From assembly GCA_026770705.1 (NCBI GenBank), contig JANJGN010000038.1:11160001-11224000 (forward strand): DNA of 64,000 nt, in the 5' to 3' direction. This document shows positions 15,281 through 28,946 of this stretch, piece by piece. The notes under the pieces are model-generated. The model did no database searches. It was given only the letters and a program-made list of their open reading frames with translations, and was not told the origin of the DNA. Source of the DNA: Isurus oxyrinchus (taxonomy: Eukaryota). Each line of letters starts with the position of its first letter. The first letter of the stretch is position 1. The position numbers and the translations under genes are program-made.

Positions 15281-15830
15281 CCTCTATTACAGAAATTACC
15301 AATACAATATCTGTATTTATCTAAACTGAGAAAGGTTATTTTGCAGTGATTATTGATACAAGGCATGGATTAATATAAACTGCGACTGGGTCTATTACAG
15401 AGATTACTGATACGTGCTATTGATTAACATAAACTGAGACAGGGTCTATTACTGTGATTACCAGTACAAGGTCTATATTGATATAAAGTGTGTCTGGGTT
15501 TTTACAGGGATTACTGATACAAGGTATTGATCACTATCAACTGAGACAGGGTCTCTTGCAGTGATTACTAATACAATGTTTGCATTAATATAAACTAAGA
15601 CAGGGTCTCTTGCAGTGGTTACTGATACAAGGTATGGATAATATCCACTTAGGCAGGGTTTATTACAGTGATTACTGATACAAAGTCTGTATTCATATAA
15701 ACAGAGGCAGGGTCTAGTGTAGTGATTACTGGTAAACGGCCTAGATTAATATCAACTGCTACAGAACAGGATTGATACTGAGCCCAATTTAATAAAACTG
15801 AAGCGGGGCATAAAGCGATAATCTCTGACA
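15281..15830. repeat. Diverged 54-bp satellite, right flank
   Basis: Same diverged consensus as the left flank, fading out by ~15.8 kb. Confidence 0.9.
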
Positions 15831-16494
15831 CAGCACGGAGTGTAAGTCAACCAGGGATAAATCTGGTGTGGAAACAATTGATGCAGGGCTTTGTGGCATA
15901 TTGAGAGGGACAGAGAGTAATGCAGTTATAATTAATGCATAACCTAGTGTAATATACAGAGAGATAGGGTTTAGTGTTACATCATTAGAAACATCTTACT
16001 GTGCAATATAATAAGTGTATTAATTTCGAATTAACATAAGCCCCAGCATCAGTGATCCATTTGCCAGTGGAACAGCTTCTCCCTAAATATTCAAAAACAT
16101 CCCTCAAACATTGGACCATTTCTGATAAACCTATCTTAAGATTCTCGTTGATGAGTAGAGCAATCCCAGTTTTTTGTTGTGCAAAGAGTGAGGGGCAGTG
16201 CAAACTTAAGTTCCAGGAAATCTTCTGTCTTGTTACTTCGAAATGAGCATTTAACAATCGTTGACACTGCTTTATGGGGCCAATGGAAATAAAGTGCACT
16301 GTTACAACAGGGTCAGGCTAAGACACCAGGCTACAAGGCAACGGATCCCTGACAACTAAATTGATGTGTGTAAGACTGGAGCCTGCTCCTGAACTTTATA
16401 TACATAGAACCAAATGCTATAATTTCAAAATAGCAATTGCAACATGTCCAGTGCCTTGCATTAGTGGCTCTCATACATGGACAGTAACCACTAC

Positions 16495-16600
16495 TGAACT
16501 GAAAACAGAAAGTGCTGTAAAGACTCAGCAGGCCTGGCATGGTCTGAGGAGAGAGAAACAGAGTTAACGTTTCGATTCCATGTGAGTTTATTCAGAGCCA
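16495..16600 (-). mobile_element. Degenerate Penelope-like/hammerhead-motif element arm
   Basis: aaacagaaagtgctgtaaagactcagcaggcctggca...gaaacagagttaacgtttcg is homologous to the arms at 36159-36354. Confidence 0.65.
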
Positions 16601-16689
16601 CAACTGCAGGTTTGCAGCATGGTCAGTGGAGTGATCATTCAGATGTGGCGATGGTAATGTCATCTCAGTCTTAGGGAATAGAAGCATCG

Positions 16690-17150
16690 AGGTACATTAA
16701 CTGGGCTGGTAATACAGCGAAGATCAGAAATGCTCCAGAGACATGATTTAAACACCACGACGGCAGCTGGCGGGATTTCCATTCATTTAATTCACTAAAA
16801 CCGAAACTGGAATAAAATTACTCATTGCATTAATAATCGAACAACCTCATTGTCATGAAGTTGCAACTGGTTCACTAATGTCATTCGGGGAGGAAATCTT
16901 ACCCTTACCAGCCTGGCCTACGTGAGGCTGGAGCCCCACAACAACGTGGTTGAATCTTAACGGCCCTTGGAATGGTCCAGAAGACCATTTAGTTGGGTCA
17001 AAGCACTTCTTGGAAAGTCAAATAAGAGGCGCACGGCACAAACTGCAGCTGTTCAAGATGTCGGCTGCCCACCACCTTCTCAAGGGTACTTATTGCAGGA
17101 CAGTTAAGGCTGGCCTTGTTTTCGACGTTCACAACCAAAGACCAAATAAA
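16690..17150 (+). mobile_element. Degenerate shark SINE with LINE-derived 3' tail
   Basis: Motif ggttcactaatgtc...ggaaatct...cctggcctacgtga and tail caccaccttctcaaggg; the reverse-complement copy is at ~20740-20960. Confidence 0.55.
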
Positions 17151-17289
17151 AACAACAGTCAAAGCTTTGTAAACTATTACGGATTTTCTCAATGTAAAAT
17201 TATGCCACAAAATCTGGAAATACTCAGCATCATTCTCGGCTGACACTATTTTACAGCGCAGGGGTAACCTAGACCAATACCTAATGTGC

Positions 17290-17490
17290 AACTAATATCA
17301 CTAATAAACAGGTGATCTGGGCTTTTATTACATCTCTGTTGGTGGGAGCTTCCTGTGCACAAATTGCCTCCTGTAGTTCTAACGTGACACAAGGGATTAT
17401 AATTCGAAATAAGGTGCATCAATGAGGTTAATGAGATATGAGATTTGGGACCTCCTGAGATGGTGAAATGTGCTGTATAAACACCGAGTT
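17290..17490 (+). mobile_element. DeuSINE-like (SacSINE1-like) fragment
   Basis: ctgttggtgggagcttcctgtgcacaaattg...tttgggacctcctgagatggtgaaatgtgctgtataa resembles the Deu-domain/3' end of shark SINEs (recalled, not searched). Confidence 0.5.
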
Positions 17491-18339
17491 TTTACTAAAA
17501 GTGAACATGTCAAAACATATGTGGTGCTGTGTTAGAAAGTCTGAGAAGAATGTGATTAACGGTCATTTCTCTGTTCATTATTTAAACATGTTTATGTGAA
17601 AGGGGTTCATCCTTTCACCAGTCGATATTCAGCGGAATAACAGGCTGCTCAGAAATGCTTAATTGATTTAAGCAGCAGAATTTCCAGAAACATTTTTTCT
17701 TAAATTTAATGGCTTCTTTTGTTAAAAATAAATAACATCTGTACCAATTGGTTTTCTGAAAATTGTGTTCAATTCTTATACCATCTGTGAATATTCTTAA
17801 AATAAACTTGTTTTGTGCTGAACATAATCAATAAGTGACTGTTGATCTGATTCTGCTGCCATGAACACCACTTTGAAACTAGTGAGGCGGTTATGTAAAT
17901 AAACACAGAAATAGACGCCTCAGAATAGAATATTGAGCGTCGGAAATACAATAGATGTTTCCCCACCAGCAGAGCATAGAATTCACAACAGAGAGAAATG
18001 CAAATCACACAAAGGATTCCAGTAATGATTGATAGTTGGAAGATTTCTATAAGTTATGGGATAACAATATAAAGATATTTTTTGTGTTCAAAACTGGCGA
18101 AGCGTCCTTTGATCCTATATACAGCAGCATTGAAAATGTGTTTGCGGTCTTTCCTGCATTCTATCCCGCTCTGTCTCCCTTTCTCCCCTATCCCGGGAGT
18201 GTCTGGCCTCTCATTAATCTGTCAGCGTCTGTAACTCATAACGTGAAGTCAGTATCTTATCAAAGATTAATCTCACCCCTATTCATTGACTTTTAACGAA
18301 ATAGATGGCTGTTCGCAGAAGGAACTTAACTCTAAAATG

Positions 18340-18670
18340 TGTCTGGTTCACTCAACAACATGGGAGTATTTAATGGGACAGTCTAAAGGGAGCCCTCCTC
18401 TGCACATTAACATTCCTATGCCTTCCTGTGAATGGTATATGGGAAATTGTAGAGGGATCTTTTTTCTGCATCTGATACTGCTGCACCATTCTTGGGAGCA
18501 TTCGATCGAATCATGTAGAATTTGTCTATCCAGCGCTATAGATGTCCTGAGAATGTTTGGTGGGATAGTTTAGAGAGACCTTTACTCTGCCTCACCCAGG
18601 AATTTACCAATGTAGAGGTAGCTTTACTCTGCGTCTGAACTGTCCCGTGTCTATCCTTAGGCGTGTGTAA
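18340..18670. repeat. Degenerate ~65-bp tandem repeat remnant
   Basis: Recurring gggacagt..agaggga.ctttactctg.atct motif in several decayed copies. Confidence 0.45.
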
Positions 18671-20699
18671 TAGTGTTTCGGACTCAGTGCATGAAATGGT
18701 GTTCTAGACCGAATCCCTCATCACATGTCAAAATATATTTGGATGTTCACTTGAAGTACTGTAGCCCCAAGGGCCCTGGCACAAAAGCTAGGAAGTGGGA
18801 TTAGACTTGATAGATCATTTCAGGTCATTATGGTTAGGGTGTGCACAATGGCCTATTTCTGTGCTGCAGAAATCTATGATTTTCAGATCCTATGAAGTGC
18901 GTTGAGGTCTCAGAAAGTGTACAGAGGAAGGTAATGAGTTTGTTAACAAGGATCAGGGTCTTTAGTAACAACAATCAATTGGACAAATTGGCAGCATTCT
19001 GCTTGTGATAAAGAAGATTAAGCAGAAACCTAAACGCTTTTTCCAAGATGATGAGAGGTTTGAAAGAGAATTAGCAGAGAACACCAGTTCCTTCTGTTCA
19101 TTGTGTCAATATCCAGTGATCATAGCTTCAGAACAAATGTATATATTGGCAGATTTGTAAAAGGGCGATGAAGAGAAATATTTCGCCAGCAACTTGTTCC
19201 CTTTATATTACACCAGATCCTGCCTCAATTATTACTCTTTGAGTTCAAGTCACACTTTTAGTTTTGCTGAAACCTGTGAAATTTATGGATGCATAATCTG
19301 GTATTTGTATTTTTATTACACTAGGCTGTGACACAATTAACTCTGTGCTAATCAAGCCTCTGTTTCAGGCCGGCCCCCAAATCTGTTATTACTACATTAG
19401 AGCATTTCGCTATTCATATTATATAACGCTCTGTTTCAGTTATTAGTGAACCATACATCGTGTCTCTATATGTCGCACTCGACCATGTCTCAGTTATTAC
19501 TATACTAGAACATGTATGTGCTAATATTACCCTGGATCCTGTCTCTGTTGTTACTGCACTGGAACCTGTCTCCATTTATAATGTTTTACATAATTGTTTC
19601 TGTTAAAATTGCACTGGAAAATATATCTCTTTATATTTTACAGTGGGCCCTTTCTCAGTTATTACTGCCCTATACCATGTTTCTGTTAATCTAACATTTT
19701 ACCCACGCCAGTAAACATTGAATTATATCATGGCAAACGTATTGGAAACTGGTGAGGAAGTAGTGAAGTTAACGTGCAGCACAAAACAATGGAAACAGAA
19801 ACAATTTTTTTTTATTGAATTTCATTGAGAGTGGAAAGTGTTACATTCCATTCCAAGTGAGAGAGTTACAGATTTATTATGCTCACGTTAGGTATAGGTA
19901 CAGTTGCATTTTCACCGCCTCTTGCACGGATCATCACACACTCCAGTGACGCACAAGTGATCACTTGTCAACAAACAGAGAAAATGGTGGGTAGATGTCC
20001 TTTATTCTCCATGTGATTTAATCCACTTTCAAACTGAATTCTGAGCGCAGCTAAACTCACTTTGGAATCTAAATAGGCATTTTCCACACAAGAACTTGAA
20101 AAAGACGTCAGCATCAAGAAACGTTAACGATAATAGATGATCTGAAATTGCTGGATGGATGGTTCGAAATATAGATAGATAGACTGACAGCCAAACAGAC
20201 AGGTACGCAGCTAGATGGGTTGACAGATAGAGAGACTGAGATACACAACATCTAGCGTAATATATACAGTTTAATGCTAAATAACCTTTTCGGTGGCTCA
20301 TATGATACAAACAGGGAGATGGTCTTGTATAATGTGAAGAGATGTATGCATCAGTGCAATTACTTACTCCAACAGGGCCTAGTGTAAAACATGAATTGAG
20401 ACTAGGTCTTTTGCACTGCGATCTGAGACAGAGTCCTGTGTAATTTTAAGGAAGGCATAACCCTGTCATTACGTATCAGTACCTTTCATGGTCTTAAATA
20501 CCTCGATCAAAGCCCCTCTTAACACCCTCTATTCTAAGGAAAACGATTCAAGATCTCCAAGGTCTAGTAACATTCGGATCAATCTCCTCTTCATCCTCTC
20601 TGCGACCTTCAAATGCTTTATAAAACAGAGTTCCTGGAATAATTATGTGCAATATACATGGAAACACAATAGGGAATACTTTAACAAATATTGTTTTTA

Positions 20700-21545
20700 A
20701 TCATTCACTAGGCTGAAGTATTTATTTATCTCTATTCATCCAGGAGATGTGAGCGTCTCTGACACGGCCAGCATTTCCCCCATGCTCTGCTGTCCTGGAA
20801 CTGAATATCTGGCTAGACATTTTCAGAGTCGGAGGATAGTTAAGAGTGAACCACGTGCTGTGGGCCTGGAGTCACATTTAGGCCAGACTGGGGAAGGATG
20901 CATATTTACTTCACCGAATGTTCATTAGTGAATCAGATGCGTTTATAACAATGAAAATTGTAACGATCCAGTTCCATTTCCATTTTTTTATTCATTCATG
21001 GGATTTGTGCGTTTCCAGCTGAACCAACATTCAATAGCCAAACACAATTGCCCTTGAGAAGGTGTTAGTGAGCAGACCTCTTGTACTGCTGCAGTCCACG
21101 TGCTGTAGGGACACCCACAGTGCTTCTAGGAAGGGAGTTGTATGATTTGGACGCAAGGATAGTGAAGAAACAGGGACTTTCCATTGTTGTTGCTGTGCTT
21201 CTGCTGCCCTTGTTGCCTGGAGAATTGGGGAATATTCCACCACACTCCTGACATGTGCCTTGTAGTTTGTGGACAGGTATTTGCTGAATTCCCAGCTTCC
21301 GAACGGCTCTTGTCTCAATCGCATTTAAATTTCACCAGCTGCTGTGGTGGGATTTGAATTCATGTCCCCAGAAGATGAGTCTGGACCTCTGGGCTAGTGA
21401 TGAGCACTTGGGACGCTATAACATTCAAGGCTATGGGCCAAGTGCTGGTAAATAGGATTAGGTAGGTAGGTAGGTCAAGTGTTTCTCAAGTGCCGGTGCA
21501 GACTCGATGGGCCGAAGGGCCTCTTCTGCACTGTGATTCTGTGAA
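20700..21545. mobile_element. Nested SINE and LINE 3'-end fragments
   Basis: Reverse SINE core (20740-20960), reverse LINE tail cccttgagaaggtg (~21050), tRNA-like head gtgggatttgaa (~21350), CR1-type tail gggccgaagggcctcttctgcactgtgattctgtga (~21510). Confidence 0.55.
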
Positions 21546-21954
21546 TCTGTGGCAGAGCTACAGCCAGGTCGTGCCTGAGTTAGGGTCCAGTGTAATGTAA
21601 CCAGAGATAGGGCCTGGTATAATTTAAATGGTAAGTTGCTCCAGTGCAGTAATAACTGAAACAGAGCCTGGTTAAAATAAACTTAAACATGGTCCAGTAC
21701 ATTAAAAACAGGGACAAGTTCTATGAAATATAAACATAAACAATATAGCGCATCAATAACTAAGAAACCGCCTTATGTAACACAAACAGATATTATATGA
21801 GGTCAAATTTCAACAAAGATTTTTGGAATTTAAACTTAGTTAATTTTATACATCTGAACTATTAAAAATGCCCTCAATATCAGTAATGGGAAACGTGCAT
21901 CTCCCAGACTCATCAAAACACAGCTGACATATAAAGGTACGTTTCGGAAATACA

Positions 21955-22047
21955 TCCCCACACCCCCACCCCCCCACCACCACAACCCCCCCTCTCCCCC
22001 ACCCCCCCCCCCACCCCACCCCCCCCCCCCCCCCCCCCCCACCACCT
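21955..22047. repeat. C-rich low-complexity tract (G-quadruplex-prone on the minus strand)
   Basis: Many C runs, including a ~20-nt homopolymer. Confidence 0.9.
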
Positions 22048-22311
22048 TCCATGTTTTTTTTTCCCAAAGGGACTCCAGATAAAGAGCAAGGTGGTTAACT
22101 TTGAATCTCCCTCTAAACATTCTCCGTGTGCAGTCATTTTTATTAAACGGCCACGAGAATCAGCAACCTGAGCACAGTCAGTAAAGCCAGACGGCATCAA
22201 CCGAGGCACAGGCAAAGATACAGACAGTCCAATTAACTGTATAAAATTCTCTGAACGATCTTCTGTGGACATCTACCACAATTGAGAAACACTGAACGCA
22301 GGCTAGCGGAA

Positions 22312-23090
22312 ACACAAAAACAAAGAACAAAGAAAAGTACAGCACAGGGACAGGCCCTTCGGCCCACCAAGCCTGTGCCGATCATATTGCCCGTCAACTA
22401 AAACATTTTGTACTTCCGGGGTCCATATCCCTCTCTTCCCATCCTATTCATGTATTTGTCAAGCTGCCTCTTAAACATCACTATCGTACCTGCTTCCACC
22501 ACCTCCTCTAGCAGCGAATTCCAGACACTCACTACACTCTGCATAAAAATCTTGCCCCGCACATCTCTGTAGTTTTCTCCTCTCACCTTAAATCTATGTC
22601 CCCTAGTAATTGAATCTCCCACCCTGGGAAAAAGATTCTGACTGTCTACTCTGTCCATGCCACTCATAACTTTGTAAATTTCTATCAAGTCGCCCCTCAA
22701 TCTCAGTCCCTCCAGTCAGAACAATCAGAGTTTTTCCAACCTCTCCTCATACCTAATAACCTCCAGGTCAGGCAGCATCCTGGTAAACGTCCTCTGCACC
22801 CTCTCCAATGCCTCCATATCCTTCTGGTAATGTGGCGACCAGAATTGCAAGCAATATTCCAAGTGTAGGCTAACCAAGGTTCTATACAGCTGCAGCATGA
22901 CTTCCCAGCTTTTATACTCAATACCCCTGCCAATGAAGGCAAGCTTGCCATACCTTCCTGACTACCTTATCCACCTGCGTTGCCACTTTCAGTGACCTGT
23001 GGACCTGTATACCCAGATCCCTCTGCCTGTCGATGCACTTAAGGGTTCTGCCATTTACTGTATAATTCCTACCTGTATTAGACCTTACAA
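22312..23090 (-). mobile_element. CR1-clade LINE, 3' end of ORF2 plus 3' UTR/tail
   Basis: Minus ORF MRGDLIEIYKVMSG...TRGHRFKVRG is the typical CR1 ORF2 C-terminus; it has frameshifts and a short-repeat tail (caaagaa)n. Confidence 0.9.
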
Positions 23091-23099
23091 ACTAAACAC

Positions 23100-25200
23100 C
23101 CGCCTGACATAGTCATGCTCAATGTTAATACCTTCCAACCAATATCCCCACGCCTGATTGACCCACCAGTGATGGCGGGATATTAGTCGGGAAGGAGTGC
23201 TCCTGGGGGTCCTCAATATTGACTCCAGGAGTCATGAATACTCCTGGCATCAGAACAGGCAACAGTGGAAAATCTCCTTTCTAATTCGAGTTATTTCCCT
23301 ACCTCAACTAATGAATCAGCGCGTCTCCATGTTGAACACAATTCTGGTGAAACCCTGAGAGCAGAAAAGGAAATGGAACTTCAATGCACATCAGCAAGAA
23401 TGGCTCGATACCAATACTGACTGAGCTAGCCGAGTCACGAAGGACATATCTACCAGACCGTGCCCCTGGAAGGTGTTGAGAGAACACAAGGAGAAAACTT
23501 ACTTGAGATGGCGCTCATTACTCTACCTGGCACAGATAGATCTCTCCACATCAGTATTGATGAGAGTGTCCACCGTACTTTTCTTTTGGATACAAAGACC
23601 CATCTTCAGACTGAGAGCACCACCCGCGATGTTGTGTGGCATAATCATCGTGCTAAATGCGATAGATTTGGAGAATATTTGGCAATTAAAACCTTGCATC
23701 AGTGAGGCCATTAGCTTGAGCAACATTCTCATCCCCCCACAATATGCACGTCATGGGATGTATAACCCTCACTCTACCATTAGGATGAAGCCAGGGGATC
23801 AACGGTTGTTCAGTGATGAATTTAGAGCAGTAGACCAGATGCAGCAACAAGAACATCTAAAAATGGGGTGTCAGCCTGATCAAGCTGTAACATGGTGAAA
23901 AATTGCTGAACAAACCCAATGCGGCCCATTGACCCTCAATCATTGTACTCTCAGCCAGCAGCAACCTGATGGAAGGTGTCATTGACGGAGCAATCAAACA
24001 GCAGCTCATCACCAACAAGCTGCTCAACAATGCTCAGTTTAGGCTTCACAAGGGCCTTTCAGTTCCCGACTACATCACGTTGTTGATCTGAACAAAGACA
24101 AACAGCTGAATCCTAATATGAAAGTGAATGCCCTTGACATCAAGGTAGTATTTGACATATTGTGGCATCAAGGAGCATTAGCAACATTGCAGTCAATGGC
24201 AATCAGGGGGAAAACTCATTGGAATCATTCCTAGCACAAATGAAAATGATTGCTGTTGCTGGAGGCCAAAAGCCCCACACCAGAGCATCGCTCTCGGACT
24301 TCCTCAGGAAAGTGTCCTAGGCCCAGCCATCCTCAGTTGCTTCATCAATGACCTTATTTCCATAATCATGTCAGAAGTCACGATGTTCACGAATGTTGGC
24401 ACAATTTTCAGCATCATTAACGATGCTTCAGATACTGAAGCAGTTCATGCCTCCATGCAGAAAAAAAACATTTGGACAATATTAAACCTTTGGCTGATGA
24501 GTGGAAAGTGACATAACGTGTTACAAGTGCCAGGCAGTGACGATCTCCATCAGGAGAGAATCTAACCATCTCCCGTTGTCATTCATCGACATTAGCATCG
24601 CAGAATCCAACACCAGCAACACTGTGGGGGCCACAGCAGTAAATTAAGTTAACTGAACCAGCAACATATATGAAGAATCTAGAAAAGGTCAGAGGCAGCA
24701 CATTGTATGGCGAGCGATGCACCTCAAGTTTCTCCACAATCTGTCCACAATGTCCATGCAATTTTTAGGAAAGTAATTGAATATCTCAGCTTGCCTGGAT
24801 CAGGGAAGTTCCAACAAAACACTTGCCGAGCAGGCCCGAGAAACCACATTATCTTCTCCTAATACTATTTCTTATATTCGGAAGAAGGAAGACACCATGT
24901 AGGAAAAATCGTCGCGCCTGATTGGCCACCCCATCCGGCGTTTATAAATCCATTCCCTCCAGCACCACTGCACAAATACAGCAGTGTGCACCATCTACAA
25001 AATACACGGTGGCAACTCGCCAACTGATCTTTGACAGCCCGTGCAAGCCCCTGACTACTAACACCTAGAGGAGCAAGTGTGACAGACACATGGAAAGACA
25101 TATAAGTTCCCCTCAAGGCCAAACACCACATTGGCTTGGAGATATGTTGTTATTTCTTCACCGTCGCTGGGTCAAAACCCTGAAATCCCTATTTTACAGC
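23100..25200 (+). mobile_element. Degraded LINE (CR1/L2-type) ORF2 with RT motifs and 3' end
   Basis: ALDIKVVFDILWHQG (~24130) and GLPQESVLGPAILSCFINDL (24296-24355); the 3' region is homologous to 53310-53810 and 57270-57595. Confidence 0.8.
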
Positions 25201-25399
25201 AATGAATCATAGGGTCATAGAAATCCACAATACGGAAGAGGGACATTCGTCCCAGCGAACAAGCAGTAATCAGCCTTGTCAACTTTCCAGCTCTTGGTCT
25301 GTAACCTTTTAGGTTGTTTCACTTCAAGTTTTTACAACTCTTTCACATCATGAGTTTTAGATTCCCATCATCCTTTGGGTGAAAACATTTGCCGTGACC

Positions 25400-27060
25400 T
25401 ATTTACTCTAGAATGAAGGGGTCGACAGTACTTTAGCCAGATTTGCTGATGATACCAAGCTGGAAAAGGAACTAGGTTCTGAGGAGGACACTAAGAGGCC
25501 ACAATGACATATTGGTAAGCTGAGTGATTGTGCTGATGGAATATAAGGTTGGAAAAATATGAGTTTGACTAATTTTGCCGGATAAGTCGAAAGGCAACAT
25601 GTTATTGACTGCAGAATTATTCGGTGCAGAGAGATCTGTGTGTGTTTGTACACGGATCACACAAAGCATGCGGGCACAGCAAGGAGTTATGGAGGCAAAG
25701 AGAATAACCTCTTTTATGCAGCATTGTGTTACCTCAGCTTCCTTTGTTCAAAAGTAAACAAACCTAACCTATCCTCCCAAATAGCAATCCTCCTGCAGTC
25801 GAGGCAATGTCGTCATAAATCTCCGCTGTAACGTTTCTAGCCCAATCAAATCTTTCATATTGTTCCTGGCCCAGGGCTGCACCGAACACTCTAACTCAGG
25901 CCTAACTATTGTTTTACACAGTTCCAGCAGGACGTCTCAACTCGTATATTCTATGCCTCGGAGAATAAAGGCAAGAATCCCATCTTTTTCTTGATCAATT
26001 TATCTACCTGTCAGGCACCTTTACGAATATCTGCATTCGATAGTCCCACTTTACTTCTCAGTGTCGTATCATTCGTGAATCAGTGGCAGTCACTATCTCA
26101 GAATGCGCTGGATGCCGGGGTGCTGAATAAATTTAAGGAGGAGAAAGACAGATTTTTAATTAGTAATGGGTTGAAAGGTTACAGGGAGAGGATGGGAAAT
26201 TGGAGTTGAGGCCAAAATGAGATCAGCTATGATCGTAATGAATAGCGGGGCAGGCTCGAGGGGCGGAATTGCCAACTCTTGCTCCTCGTACTTATGTTTT
26301 ATTTACTGTTTATTACTTTATCTTGTTAGCTTTCCTTAAATGCACTACCTCGCAATCATCTCTAAGCCATTCTTATGTCTACCTGACTGGTCGATTTCCT
26401 GCAGTATACAGCTTTTTGCTCAATTCTTAATCACACAGCCAATTTGTGTATCATCTAAAGCCTTCTTAATCATGCTCTTTTCAGTCATGTGCAAGTAATT
26501 GATACATGCAAGAAAAGGCAAGTGTCCTATTACTAAGGCCTGGGGGATACCACTCCCGTTTACAGAAACACCCCGTGTCATTTACCGTTTGCTTCCTGGC
26601 ATTGAACCAATTTTGGATTTACCTCGCCGCTTTGCCTTGGATCACATTGGCTTTTAATTTCAGAACCGCTCTGCCATGTAGAACCTGCTCATTTTAAAAT
26701 CCATATACACTACATCGAATGCATTGTTTCCATCTGCACTCCTTATTATACCTTCAAAATATTTATGCATAATAGTCAGACTCGCCCTTCGTTTAACAAA
26801 TTCTTGCTGTCCAGCTTTGCTTACTCAGTGTCATTCTAAATGTCTCTTAGAATGTTCTCTTTCCAATACTATTCCCTGCTCCAAGATTATATTCAGTGTC
26901 CTGTAATTACTCAGTCTTATACCTTTCTGCGTTTTGAACAAGGGCACAACGTTAGCTGTCCTGTCGCCCTGTCTCAGTGCCTGAAGTTGCAAAGGATTAT
27001 AAAGTCATGGTCATTCTTATGCCGAGGGTACAACTCTGGCGAGCCTTGGCATTTATGCAT
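25400..27060. mobile_element. Scrambled CR1 LINE fragments in both orientations
   Basis: FADDTKL motif at ~25442 (+), CR1 3' end at 26070-26300 (+), reverse RT-region fragments at 25730-26030 and 26300-27060. Confidence 0.65.
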
Positions 27061-27314
27061 TTTAAAAGGTATTAAACCGCTTGATACTTTCAAAATGGTG
27101 GCAATTCGCCATTTCTAAAGGGGAATTGGGAGTCGGTAGACATGTTTGACTTAACAACTATTCCAAATCAGTCGATAATAAATAAGTAAAACATTAGAGA
27201 CTGTCTAATGTAATATAAACCATCCATGCCCACCCCTACATTACACTAGGCCCTTTCTCAGTTATCACCGCCTGAGGCAGTGCTGGTTTGGTATAATTTA
27301 GGCAAATCAACTTA

Positions 27315-27348
27315 CACTGTCACCTGGTGGCCAATCGTTGCCATTACT
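27315..27348 (-). promoter_or_regulatory. Candidate CTCF binding site (core plus upstream module)
   Basis: Minus strand AGTAAT-N9-TGGCCACCAGGTGACAGTG, one mismatch from the CCASYAGRKGGCRS core. Confidence 0.6.
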
Positions 27349-28489
27349 GCTATCGTGAAAATGTCGACGTTCGTACTGTTGTTGATAGAAACGTATCAAC
27401 AAACAAATTTGCACTTACACTCAACGCATTTTTAATGAAAGGGAATTAAATGCTGTAAAAATAACTGGTGAAGCAAATCCACCTTTGTGGATGTAACTTG
27501 CAAACATTAGGAATAATGTGTCTTGTATGCACACACTCACAGACACAAATAGACGCAGATACATATGTTGAGGCTCAGTCACACAACCAGTAACACGGAA
27601 AACGTGAATGTAAAGGCCCTCAGGAGAAACATTCCTTAACATTAAAACACGGTGTACAATAGACACAACAGAGATTTCCACTAATCTTTATGAACTGCAA
27701 TGCGTTCTGGCTCACCTATCCTTCAGTCCCTCAATCCAGTTCAAATTTCCGAGATTGTCATAAGATTCGACCAGTACTTTCAACAAAACTGTGACATAAC
27801 ACCAGAGCAATGAGAAATTGTACACAGCTCCTGATCGCTGTGACCAAGACAAAACGTATTTTACTACAAACAAAAATCCATCTTCCCACCCAGTCAAATA
27901 TATGTTCTTTAATTATTATGAGACATACTTCTCCCTTCATCCATCTGTCCATTTACCTATCACAGAAAAAAATGCTGTACCACAATAACTGACATTGGCA
28001 ATAGATTAATATAAACAAAGTGTCCAGTGCTGTCATTACAGAAAAGAGGCCTTATTTAACATAAACAGCGATAAGGACTCCTGCACTCTGAGCAGTTTAG
28101 TCCATGAATAACTATGGCAGACCCCGTCGAATATAAACAGGGAGATGGCCTCATGCACTTTAAAGGTGGGCATAAAATAGTGCAGAAATAAAGGAGAAAG
28201 GGTCTAGTGTAATATAAATAAGGACATGGATGAGTACAATATAACCAGACACATGCGTCAGTGCAGCAATAATTGAAAAAGTGCCTAGTGTAAAGGATGG
28301 ATGCGCACAGAGTTTATTGCACCAATGTCCGTGAGTGGACCCAGTAGAATATGGACTGAGACATGGTCAGGTTATGGCCTTGCAAACCCCTTCAGTAACT
28401 TGAACACATCTTTTAAAACATCTCTTAACTCTCTCTGCTCTAGGATGCTATTTCTATCGCTTTTCCACATAACAGAAGCCCCTCACCCC

Positions 28490-28800
28490 ATTTTGATAAA
28501 TCCTTCGACAGCATCTTCAGAACCCGAGAGCTCTGCGACATAGAAGGACAAGGACAGCAGGTGAATGGAAGCACCAGCAACTGCTAGTGCCGCTCCAAGT
28601 CACACACAATATTCTGATTTGGAAATATAGATTTTTTTCCTTCGTTGGTATTGAGTCAAAACCCCAGAGCTCCCTTCCCACCTGCACTGTTTTTGGATTT
28701 GAAACACACACAAGGCGGCTCACCAACACATTTTCCAGGGCAATTAGGTTTGGTTAGTAAATGTCGGCCTTGACAGAAATGTCAAAATCTGAGAACGAAG
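28490..28800 (+). mobile_element. LINE 3'-end fragment
   Basis: Homologous to the 53310-53810 and 57270-57595 family (tagaaggacaaggacagcag...gggcaattagg). Confidence 0.65.
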
Positions 28801-28912
28801 TAGAGCTAGCAATAACTGAGTGAAGGTCTGCTGTGATATAAACATAGACATGCTTTGGAGCAGTAATAATTGAGGCAGTGTATGTATGTTTCCATGGAAG
28901 CAATCGCGCTAG

Positions 28913-28946
28913 CACTGCCACCTGGTGGCGAAAGATTGCCATTGCT
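28913..28946 (-). promoter_or_regulatory. Candidate CTCF binding site (consensus core plus upstream module)
   Basis: Minus strand AGCAAT-N9-TCGCCACCAGGTGGCAGTG matches the CTCF core consensus. Confidence 0.72.

Noticed and set aside
17998-18005. Perfect octamer ATGCAAAT as a second Ig promoter
   Set aside because: No leader or V exon is recognisable nearby on either strand, and an isolated 8-mer is expected by chance in 64 kb
21836-22272. Gly-rich ORFs
   Set aside because: Translations of the poly-C tract
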